Assembly: GCA_031425655.1 (NCBI GenBank)
Contig: JANPJS010000241.1
Location: 1 to 33,454 of the forward strand
Length of the DNA: 33,454 bases
DNA from: Abditibacteriaceae bacterium
GTDB taxonomy: Bacteria; Armatimonadota; Abditibacteriia; Abditibacteriales; Abditibacteriaceae
Direction: 5' to 3'
A program made the position numbers and the translations under genes. Below, one piece after another: positions 26,173 to 33,413 of this stretch (within the stretch, counting starts at the first letter, position 1; every line of letters begins with the position of its first letter). Under the pieces are notes generated by a model. That model searched no databases and was not told the origin of the DNA. It saw only the letters and a program-made list of their open reading frames with translations.

Positions 26173-26236
26173 AACACAAAGACACGAAGGCACAAAGAAT
26201 CCTCTGTGATTCTTTGTGCCTTCGTGTCTTTGTGTT
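26173..26236. repeat. Perfect palindrome with 3 x 8-nt units (RCACRAAG) per arm
   Basis: AACACAAAGACACGAAGGCACAAAGAATC-ctctgt-GATTCTTTGTGCCTTCGTGTCTTTGTGTT, 29/29 complementary. Confidence 0.95.
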
Positions 26237-26284
26237 GAATTTACGCTTTGAATTGCGGCAGCGAGCGCTTCGACACCAATACTT

Positions 26285-27172
26285 TCAGGAAACCGCTTCT
26301 TCGCGCCCGCTTTGCGCCGAACGCTCGGCGGCATCCAGCAGGGCCATGATTTCAAGCGTGTCTTCCAATTCGACCGGCGCTTTTCCAGTGCGAAAGAAAT
26401 CGGCGATGAGCACAAGTAAATCGGAGTAAGCGCGGCTCATGTCGGCGACGAAGGGCACCGCGCGGTCTGTGTCGCGCAGGCAGCCGCCATAAACGTAGGC
26501 GTCGTTGGAAAGCTCAACCACGCCGCGCCGATTGCCGGTGTATTGCACTATCGCCGTCGCGCCGGAGTTGTCGCGGCGCACGAAAACGCTTTGCGCCCCA
26601 TTTCCCATCGCGCGTTGCAGCATCTCGAACGTATGCACGCCATACCAGACAATCGAACTGCCCGATGGCGCTTCGCCTAATGGCCCAAAGAGCGTGGTGA
26701 AGCGCGGCAACGGCAATTGGGCGCAGGCTTCGCGCAGTTGCGGCACAAACCGCAGCGACGAAGCGGAAAAGAAAGCGATATTTCTGTCGCCGACGATGCG
26801 CGCAACGGCGCGACTATTTTCCAGCGTATCGGCAAGCGGCTTATCCAGAAAAATCGGCTTACCCAGCTCGGCGCAACGCGCCATATATTCCAGATGAAAC
26901 GCCGGATCGTTGATTTCCAGCATCAGCGCGTCACAATCGGCGACGGCTTCCTCGAAATCGGTCGTCACCTTGATGCCCCATTCTTGCAAAGTCACCTCCC
27001 GCGCGTTGAGGCCGTCTTCGTTTTGAAAAGGCGTGCTAAAACGCAGGCAACTTGCAACGCGGAGGCCCGCCACTTTCTGATCTGCCGGGCAATCGGGCGC
27101 TTGGATTCGTTGCGCAAATTGGATGGTGTGACTGGTATCGAGGCCAATCAGAGCCACGCGAATTTCTTTCAT
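26285..27172 (-). CDS. Gfo/Idh/MocA family oxidoreductase
   Basis: IRVALIGLDTSH, GKPIFLDKPLA, SASSLRF, WYGVHTFE, LDAAERSAQSG. Confidence 0.88.
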   Translation of the reverse strand: MKEIRVALIGLDTSHTIQFAQRIQAPDCPADQKVAGLRVASCLRFSTPFQNEDGLNAREVTLQEWGIKVTTDFEEAVADCDALMLEINDPAFHLEYMARCAELGKPIFLDKPLADTLENSRAVARIVGDRNIAFFSASSLRFVPQLREACAQLPLPRFTTLFGPLGEAPSGSSIVWYGVHTFEMLQRAMGNGAQSVFVRRDNSGATAIVQYTGNRRGVVELSNDAYVYGGCLRDTDRAVPFVADMSRAYSDLLVLIADFFRTGKAPVELEDTLEIMALLDAAERSAQSGREEAVS

Positions 27173-27186
27173 GGTGAGTGTTCTTG

Positions 27187-27672
27187 TCAGCCGTTCAAAC
27201 CATCGCAGCAGCGATGCGCCGGCTGAATAATCATCAGCGAGCCGTGTTCATCGTTTGAGACTGCTAATGATTTGCCGGCGTGGTCGTGATCGAAATCGTC
27301 GCCTAAATCATCGGTGAGGACATAGATTTCCCATTCGTTGCCGTCCGGGTCGTGCGCCCAGATTTTGTCTTGTTTCGCATAACAGCACGTCGTATCGGCT
27401 TCGTCAAAAGTCGCCAAGCCCGCGTCTTGCAGGCGCTCTTTGGCGGCGTGAACTTCAGCGATGCTGGACACCTGAAAACCGAGATGGTCGAGGCTGCCCG
27501 CGCCCGGCGTAGTCGGGTTTTGCGTGAGCGCAAATTTCAGCGGCGGCTCGTTCAAGTCGAAATTCGCGTAGCCGGGCCGCGTTTTATGAGGCGGCACGCC
27601 GAAAAACGCCGTATAAAACGCGACGGAACGCTCCAAATCCGCAACTTTGAGCGAAAAATGCATTTTCGTCAT
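27187..27672 (-). CDS. ArsI/CadI-family VOC (glyoxalase-like) protein
   Basis: HFSLKVADLERSVAFY, RPGYANF, LDHLGFQV, TTCCYAKQDKIW..DPDGNEWE. GGGAG RBS before ATG 27672. Confidence 0.9.
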   Translation of the reverse strand: MTKMHFSLKVADLERSVAFYTAFFGVPPHKTRPGYANFDLNEPPLKFALTQNPTTPGAGSLDHLGFQVSSIAEVHAAKERLQDAGLATFDEADTTCCYAKQDKIWAHDPDGNEWEIYVLTDDLGDDFDHDHAGKSLAVSNDEHGSLMIIQPAHRCCDGLNG

Positions 27673-27751
27673 CGTTTTCTCCCTTCGCGCTAAGCTCAAA
27701 CGCCGAGTATAAACCGTTTATCATCGAATTTGTCAGACTCACACGAGGCCA

Positions 27752-27797
27752 CCCGACGATGAATCGGCGGGCTGAAACACAAAGCCCCGTCGGGGCT
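27752..27797. repeat. Two-hairpin REP-like element
   Basis: CCCGaCGAT-ga-ATCGgCGGG followed by AGCCCC-gtc-GGGGCT, between divergent genes. Confidence 0.55.
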
Positions 27798-27818
27798 GAG
27801 AAACGCGCAAGGATTGCC

Positions 27819-28985
27819 ATGAATCCGCTTCGCCTGCTTTTCACTTTGCTTTTGTGCGCCGCGACAAGCCACGCGGCGCCGTTAACCGGACGCCTCGCCT
27901 ACATTCAAAACGGTGCGGCTTATGTGGTTTCGCTGCCCAACGGAAAGCCGGCAAAACTGCCGCAATCGGGCAACACGTTTTTAGTGAGCATAGCGCCCAC
28001 AGGCGGCTCGGTGCTTTATTTCAACCAATTAAAAGCCGACTGCCGCGCTTATCTTTCGCGTCCGCCCTACAAAACGGCGCGGCGCTTGGACAAGCCATTC
28101 GACAGGTTCAAACCCGACTTCGCGCAGTGGACGCAGAGCGGCGCGGCAGTGCTATTGGCTTCGTGGGAGGAAAGCTATCTTTTCCGGCCCACGAGCGGCA
28201 CTTCCCTGCGCTTTCCAGACAGTCAGGCAGCACTTTCGCGCGATGGAAAGCAGGTCGCGTTCGCCACCGAAAAAGCAATCAAGCTGCGCCGAATTGGCGA
28301 TAAAAGCGAACGAGTGCTGTTTTCCGTCGCGCGCCCGCAGCCGCTTTTCGCGGCCTTGAAACGCGCCAAATATCCGAAGAACCTGCACGACTTGCAAAGC
28401 GCGATTTCGCCCGATTCGTGGAAAGACGCGACGATGTGGAATTTCGGCTCCCTGGCTTTTTCCGCCGATGGCAAAACGCTGAGGTTCGCCTGCAACGCGG
28501 GAATCGGCGCGGGCGCGGCGGGCAATACAACCTATTGTTGGTTCGCCTGCGACCTGAAAAGCGGACGTTTGGCCGCCTTGTCGAAACTTGGCGCGCTGTA
28601 TTCGCGTTTGCCCGCCAATGTGCAGCTTTCGCCCGACGGCGCGAAGCTGCTTTACGTTACTTCGGTTCATTCGAGCGCGATTGATAATCCCAGCGCGGTT
28701 TCCGTGCTCGATTTGCGGACGCAAAAGGAAATCGCGCTGTCCAAGCTGACAACCGCAAAGAAATACGATACAAATTTGGTCTATGGCGCGTGCTGGTCGC
28801 CCGATAATCGCGCCGTCGCGGCCTCGGCGCTTTATTACAGCACCGAAAACGTGCTGAAACAGGAAAACTGGCAGCCGCGCGACGCCGATTACACGCTGTA
28901 TCTGCGCGATTTAAACAATCGCACGCTGCGCGCCATTCCAGGCGCCGTCGCGCCGAGTTGGGGACGAGGAAGGGATGAGGGATGA
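27819..28985 (+). CDS. Secreted TolB-like/PD40 beta-propeller protein
   Basis: Signal peptide MNPLRLLFTLLLCAATSHA; blades LSRDGKQVAF, FSADGKTLRF, LSPDGAKLLY, WSPDNRAVA, APSW. Confidence 0.8.
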   Translation: MNPLRLLFTLLLCAATSHAAPLTGRLAYIQNGAAYVVSLPNGKPAKLPQSGNTFLVSIAPTGGSVLYFNQLKADCRAYLSRPPYKTARRLDKPFDRFKPDFAQWTQSGAAVLLASWEESYLFRPTSGTSLRFPDSQAALSRDGKQVAFATEKAIKLRRIGDKSERVLFSVARPQPLFAALKRAKYPKNLHDLQSAISPDSWKDATMWNFGSLAFSADGKTLRFACNAGIGAGAAGNTTYCWFACDLKSGRLAALSKLGALYSRLPANVQLSPDGAKLLYVTSVHSSAIDNPSAVSVLDLRTQKEIALSKLTTAKKYDTNLVYGACWSPDNRAVAASALYYSTENVLKQENWQPRDADYTLYLRDLNNRTLRAIPGAVAPSWGRGRDEG

Positions 28986-29016
28986 AGGCGGGGGGATGAG
29001 GGATGAGGGATGAGGG
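28961..29016. repeat. Heptamer array (GGGATGA)n supplying the stop codon of the beta-propeller gene
   Basis: GGGACGA, (GGGATGA)2 at 28972-28985, (GGGATGA)3GGG at 28993-29016. TGA 28983-28985 is the ORF stop. Confidence 0.9.
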
Positions 29017-29030
29017 CAGGTGATGAAAAG

Positions 29031-29065
29031 AAAACGGCGCTTTCCGATTTGGAAAGCGCCGTTTT
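29031..29065. terminator. Bidirectional terminator
   Basis: AAAACGGCGCTTTCC-gattt-GGAAAGCGCCGTTTT between the convergent propeller gene and the tRNA. Confidence 0.88.
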
Positions 29066-29070
29066 TACGA

Positions 29071-29153
29071 TGTCGCAGAGAGGACTCGAACCTCCACGGG
29101 GTTGCCCCCACTAGCCCCTCAAGCTAGCGCGTCTGCCATTCCGCCACTGCGAC
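29071..29153 (-). tRNA. tRNA-Leu(GAG), CCA not encoded
   Basis: Acceptor stem GTCGCAG/CTGCGAC plus A, D arm GCGGAATGGCAGACGC, anticodon arm CTAGC-TTGAGGG-GCTAG, long variable arm, GTTCGAGT T loop. Confidence 0.96.
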
Positions 29154-29158
29154 AAATG

Positions 29159-29497
29159 TTATTCGTTCAGGCCAAGCACAGCACGCCAAACGCGGTCGCC
29201 GAAGAGCATAATCACCAGATAAATCGCCAAAAACACGATGAAGTGGTAAATCGTGAGCTTATCGGTGGGAATGCCGGCCAATAAAGCGGTGAACAAGAGG
29301 CCAATGGCGCTCCATTTGGTGGCCGGTTTGAGGATGCGTTCGGCTCCGACCAACATATCCACGCTGCCGGCCTGACGTCCGCCGGTGGCGCCGATGCCCA
29401 TCACGCCGCCCTGCTGCGCCTTGTCGGTTTGCAAGGCCATCAGCACGACCAGCACAAGTGCGTTAAAAATTAATAATCCCAATGCAAAATTTGCCAC
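29159..29497 (-). CDS. secG: Preprotein translocase subunit SecG with an extra C-terminal hydrophobic segment
   Basis: TM1-LQTDK-Gly-rich loop-GAERILKPAT-TM2 pattern, GTG start with GAGG RBS, directly upstream of tRNA-Leu(GAG) as in the E. coli secG-leuU arrangement. Confidence 0.72.
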   Translation of the reverse strand: MANFALGLLIFNALVLVVLMALQTDKAQQGGVMGIGATGGRQAGSVDMLVGAERILKPATKWSAIGLLFTALLAGIPTDKLTIYHFIVFLAIYLVIMLFGDRVWRAVLGLNE

Positions 29498-29554
29498 AAA
29501 AAACCTCAATCTTCGGATGCGCAGCCGGCCAAAATCGCGGCGGCGCGAATTAAA

Positions 29555-29583
29555 ATTATAGACGAGTGGCACAAAGCGGTCAA
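29555..29583 (-). promoter_or_regulatory. Sigma70 promoter for secG and tRNA-Leu
   Basis: Minus strand TTGACC-N17-TATAAT. Confidence 0.75.
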
Positions 29584-29623
29584 GCAACGCCGCGCGTTTG
29601 ATAGAATCCAATGCGACGAATTT

Positions 29624-30463
29624 ATGAATCCTGAAAAAGTGAAAGCGCTCCTCGAAAGCGTTCAAAGCGGCGCCGTTTCCCCCGACGAGGCGCTGCACAA
29701 CTTGCGCGATTTGCCGTTTGAAGACCTCGATTTTGCCAAAGTTGACCACCATCGCGGTCTGCGACAGGGCTTTCCCGAAGTGATTTTCAGCCAGGGCAAA
29801 ACGGCGGCGCAAGTGGCCACCATCGCTAATGCGCTGCATTCGCGCGGCGCCACGGTTTTAGCCACGCGCGCCACGCGCGAAGCCTTCGACGCGGTGCAAA
29901 CCGCGATTCCTGCCGCCGAATATCACGAACTATCGCGCTTAATCCACGTTCGCGGCGAGGTGGCGCCTCATTTGCCGGGACGTGCCGGGGTTTTGTGCGC
30001 CGGCACCAGCGATTTGCCGGTCGCCGAAGAAGCCGCCATCACGCTCGAAGCCATGGGCGCGCACGTCGAGCGCATTAGCGATGTCGGTGTCGCCGGATTG
30101 CATCGCTTAATGCAATATCGCCCGGTTTTCAGCGAATGCGACGTGCTTATCGTGTGTGCGGGCATGGAAGGCGCTTTGCCCAGCGTGGTCGCAGGCTTAG
30201 TAGATGTGCCGGTCATCGCGGTTCCGACCAGCGTGGGTTACGGCGCGAGTTTTGGCGGTTTGGCGGCGTTGCTGGGAATGCTGAATTCCTGCTCCAACGG
30301 CATCGCCGTGGTGAACATTGACAATGGTTTTGGCGCCGCCTCCTTCGCCGCGTCCATTTTAAGAGGGATGAGGGCGGAAGTGCCTTTCATCCCTCATCCC
30401 TCATCCCTCATCCCTACTTATGTCTCTTCTATATTTCGATTGCTTTTCCGGGATTTCCGGTGA
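29624..30463 (+). CDS. larB: Nickel-pincer cofactor biosynthesis carboxylase LarB (AIR-carboxylase-like)
   Basis: FAKVDHHRGLRQGFPEVIF, AGTSDLPVAEEA, DVGVAGLHRL, AGMEGALPSVVAGL, PTSVGYG, MLNSC, VVNIDNGFGAA. The C-terminus runs through a repeat into larC. Confidence 0.93.
   Translation: MNPEKVKALLESVQSGAVSPDEALHNLRDLPFEDLDFAKVDHHRGLRQGFPEVIFSQGKTAAQVATIANALHSRGATVLATRATREAFDAVQTAIPAAEYHELSRLIHVRGEVAPHLPGRAGVLCAGTSDLPVAEEAAITLEAMGAHVERISDVGVAGLHRLMQYRPVFSECDVLIVCAGMEGALPSVVAGLVDVPVIAVPTSVGYGASFGGLAALLGMLNSCSNGIAVVNIDNGFGAASFAASILRGMRAEVPFIPHPSSLIPTYVSSIFRLLFRDFR
30364..30415. repeat. Asymmetric heptamer palindrome AGGGATGAGGG ... (TCATCCC)4T at the larB-larC junction
   Basis: 30364-30374 and 30387-30415, translated in LarB as GMRA..FIPHPSSLIP. 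Confidence 0.92.
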
Positions 30464-31874
30464 CATGGCGCTCGGTGCGCTGCTTGATTGCGGCGTGCCT
30501 GTCGAGGCGCTGCGCGAAGGTTTGGCTTCGCTGCCGGTCGAAGGCTGGCACATTGATGCGCAACCGACGCTGATTTCCGGCATTCACGCGATGGACGTGA
30601 CGATTTCGCTGCACGGCGTCACCGATGCCGACGAGCTGTTAGCAGTCGGCAGTCAGCAGTCGGCAGTCAGCAAGACTCACGAGCATTCTCACGAACACGC
30701 GCATCCGCACAGTCACGACGAACACCCGCATTCACACGAACACGCGCATTCACACGAACACGCGCATCCGCACGAACACGCGCATTCACACGAACACGCA
30801 CATCCGCACGAACACAGTCATTCACACGACCACTCGTCACTCGTCACTCATCACTCGTCACTTGCCCCTCACGGTCGTTCCATGGCGGAGATTCGGGAAG
30901 TCATCGCCGGCAGCGCGCTCAGCGAGCGTGTGAAAGCGACAAGTTTGGCGATTTTCGAGAAAATCGCGGCTGCCGAAGCCGAAATGCACCACACCACGTT
31001 AGACGATGTGCATTTTCACGAAATCGGCGGCGTGGATTCGCTGCTCGATATTTGCGGAGTGGCGTGGTGTCTCGAATATCTGGGCGCCAATGAAGTGCAT
31101 TGCTCGGCGCTGCCATTATCAAGCGGTTTCGTGGATTGCGCGCACGGGCGGATGCCGGTTCCGGCGCCTGCAACGCTGAAAATTTTGCAGGGCGTGCCGC
31201 TCTACCCGACCGAGGTTAAAGGCGAACTTATCACGCCGACCGGAGCCGCGATTGTGGCCACGCTGGCGCAAAGTTTCGGCGCGCCGCCCGCTTTCGCGCC
31301 GCACGCCGTCGGGCACGGCGCGGGAAAAAAACGCTTCGCCGACCGGCCCAATATGCTGCGCGCTGTTCTCGCAGAGCGCATGGCGGCGGCTGTGGCCAAT
31401 GACGGCCTCGACTGGCAAAACCTGCGCGTCATCGAGTGCAACATTGACGACATGAACCCGGAACTTTTCGATTACGTCATGGCGCGGCTTTTTGAAGCGG
31501 GCGCGCTCGATGTGTGGCTGCACAGCGCGCAAATGAAGAAAAACCGGCCCGCCACGATTCTGCACGCGCTGTGCGCGCCCGATTCGCAAGACAAACTCAT
31601 CGCCGTTTTGCTGCGTGAAACCACGACTTTAGGCGTGCGCGTGCGCGAAGTGCGCCGCGCCGCGTTGCCACGCGAAGTGCGCGATGTGGAAACACCCTTT
31701 GGCAGCGTGCGCGTCAAAGTCGCGCGCTGGCCGGAGCAAAACCTGTGGCGCGCCGTGCCCGAATACGACGACGTGGCGCGCGTGGCAGCGGAGCGCGGCG
31801 TGGCGGCGCAAGAGGTTTATCTGGCGGCGCAACAAGCCGCGCGCGACAGCGAAGCCAAAAATCCTGCCGCGTGA
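30420..31874 (+). CDS. larC: Nickel-pincer cofactor nickel insertase LarC (single ORF, His-rich loop)
   Basis: YFDCFSGISGDMALGAL, VHFHEIGGVDS, CAHGRMPVPAPAT, GELITPTGAA, ECNIDDMNPE, GALDV, MKKNRP, ETTTLGVR, PEYDD. Confidence 0.95.
   Translation: MSLLYFDCFSGISGDMALGALLDCGVPVEALREGLASLPVEGWHIDAQPTLISGIHAMDVTISLHGVTDADELLAVGSQQSAVSKTHEHSHEHAHPHSHDEHPHSHEHAHSHEHAHPHEHAHSHEHAHPHEHSHSHDHSSLVTHHSSLAPHGRSMAEIREVIAGSALSERVKATSLAIFEKIAAAEAEMHHTTLDDVHFHEIGGVDSLLDICGVAWCLEYLGANEVHCSALPLSSGFVDCAHGRMPVPAPATLKILQGVPLYPTEVKGELITPTGAAIVATLAQSFGAPPAFAPHAVGHGAGKKRFADRPNMLRAVLAERMAAAVANDGLDWQNLRVIECNIDDMNPELFDYVMARLFEAGALDVWLHSAQMKKNRPATILHALCAPDSQDKLIAVLLRETTTLGVRVREVRRAALPREVRDVETPFGSVRVKVARWPEQNLWRAVPEYDDVARVAAERGVAAQEVYLAAQQAARDSEAKNPAA
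30641..30672. repeat. Heptamer array (RGCAGTC)4 inside larC
   Basis: AGCAGTC GGCAGTC AGCAGTC GGCAGTC AGCA, translated AVGSQQSAVS. Confidence 0.9.
30678..30830 (+). repeat. 18-nt coding repeats forming the LarC His-rich loop (HEHAHS/HEHAHP)
   Basis: CACGAACACGCGCATTCA and CACGAACACGCGCATCCG units in tandem. Confidence 0.9.
30831..30862. repeat. Heptamer array (CACTCRT)4 inside larC
   Basis: CACTCGT CACTCGT CACTCAT CACTCGT CACT, translated HSSLVTHHSSL. Confidence 0.9.
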
Positions 31875-31904
31875 CGTAAACTATCGAAGGCAAGAAGGAG
31901 TATC

Positions 31905-33413
31905 ATGCACATTCATAAAAATTACGGCTTTGCTCTGGCGATTGGCGCTCTGCTGGCCAACTTATCGCTGGCCGGCGCCCAATCGAAGGCGCTTTCAACC
32001 GATACGATTAACGTCGCGGCGGCTTCGCGCGGCGGGCGGATTATCAGCGTCTCGTCGTTTCTCAACAATCAAAAGGAATTCTCCGCCGATAACCTGATTG
32101 ATGAGCAAGTCTCTGGACTCAATGGCAAAGGCTCGGCAGGCTGGGTCAGCAACCGTTACGATCCGATCAATATGGAGCAGGTCACCATCGGCTTCAAGGA
32201 CAACAGTGCCAAGACGCTGGGCCGCATTGTTATCAATCCGGCGGCTTACGTGGCGCGCGAGCGCTGGGCCAGAGACATCTCGGTGCAGGTTTCCACGCAA
32301 ACTGCCGAAGGCCCGTTTACAGCCGTCAGGGAAATCACGCTGCGCCAATCGCCCGAAGCGCAGGAATTCAAGTTCATAGCTACTGAAGCGCGTTTCGTGC
32401 GCTTGGTTTTTCGCACCAATTACGGCTCGGATCGCGCCGTAGGACTGGGCGAAATTGAGCTTTACGAAGCCATCGGCAACGGCGATAAATTCGGCGAAGT
32501 CATTGGGCGGCTCGAAAACACCATCGCCGATTTAAAGAAGTATCAGCAGGCTCAATCGGAACTCAGCACCAATTCTGCAGCAGTGCGCTCGGTCAGCACG
32601 GCGACAGGCGCAGCATCCGTCGCGCAAAGCGCGGCCACTAATATCGCAGCCAGCGCCAACGGCGGCAAAATCGTCGGAGTCTCCTCGGTTTTTCAAAGCG
32701 AACGCGGCAAAGGCCCCGACCCGGCCTACGGCGCCGACAAACTGATTGACGGCAAAATTCTTACGCCCAAAGACCCCAAAGTCAGCACCAACGGCTGGGC
32801 CAGCCAGGGTTTCGCGCCGGGCGAGCAATGGGTGATTTTAGGCTTCAAGGACGACCGCACGCAGCCCATCGGCAAAATCGTCATCAACCCGATGAGTTTT
32901 CAGCCGACCGACCGCTGGGCGCGCCGCATAGACGTGCAAGTCAGCACCGACCCGTATAAAAACACGCAGGATTTAGCCGCCTTCCGCACCATCAAAACGC
33001 TGAATTTGCGCACCGTCGCGGTGCCACAGGAGTTTGAAATCGGGCCGGTCGAAGCGAAATACGTGCGCTTGGTTTTTACGGCCAACGGCCCCGGCGGTCT
33101 GGAAATCGAAGGTCTCAATCCAAACATCAACTCCGACCGCGCCGTGTCGTTGGGCGAAGTCGAAATCTATCCGCCGCGCATTTCCAGCAACGAATTGAAC
33201 GGCATCATCTCAAACTTCGAGTCGGTATTGTCCGATCTCAAAACCGTGCGGCGCAGCGCCCCACTCGTCGCCACCAGCGATGATGCGGCGGGAGCGGAAA
33301 CCACACCCGCCGTCGAAGAAAACGCCAAAAATTTGCCCGACGTGACTGTCGCTCATGTCACGGCTTCCAACACGCGCATCAAAGCCGCACAACCGCCGGT
33401 GCGACGCAAATAA
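31905..33413 (+). CDS. Secreted protein with two discoidin / F5-8 type C-like domains, each followed by an amphipathic helix
   Basis: AAGGAG RBS, signal peptide, internal duplication NVAAASRGGRI..ADNLID..GWVS..RWARDI..EARFVRLVF..LGEIELY versus NIAASANGGKI..ADKLID..GWAS..RWARRI..EAKYVRLVF..LGEVEIY. Confidence 0.8.
   Translation: MHIHKNYGFALAIGALLANLSLAGAQSKALSTDTINVAAASRGGRIISVSSFLNNQKEFSADNLIDEQVSGLNGKGSAGWVSNRYDPINMEQVTIGFKDNSAKTLGRIVINPAAYVARERWARDISVQVSTQTAEGPFTAVREITLRQSPEAQEFKFIATEARFVRLVFRTNYGSDRAVGLGEIELYEAIGNGDKFGEVIGRLENTIADLKKYQQAQSELSTNSAAVRSVSTATGAASVAQSAATNIAASANGGKIVGVSSVFQSERGKGPDPAYGADKLIDGKILTPKDPKVSTNGWASQGFAPGEQWVILGFKDDRTQPIGKIVINPMSFQPTDRWARRIDVQVSTDPYKNTQDLAAFRTIKTLNLRTVAVPQEFEIGPVEAKYVRLVFTANGPGGLEIEGLNPNINSDRAVSLGEVEIYPPRISSNELNGIISNFESVLSDLKTVRRSAPLVATSDDAAGAETTPAVEENAKNLPDVTVAHVTASNTRIKAAQPPVRRK

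Noticed and set aside
28986..29160. Island integrated at tRNA-Leu
   Set aside because: I saw no duplicate of the tRNA 3' end and no integrase; the tRNA is followed directly by its terminator.
29498..29839. 226-aa ORF version of secG
   Set aside because: It overlaps larB on the opposite strand and contains the secG promoter; the GTG at 29497 has an RBS.
30678..30830. CRISPR-like array
   Set aside because: Contiguous 18-nt coding repeats with no unique spacers and no cas genes; this is the LarC His loop.
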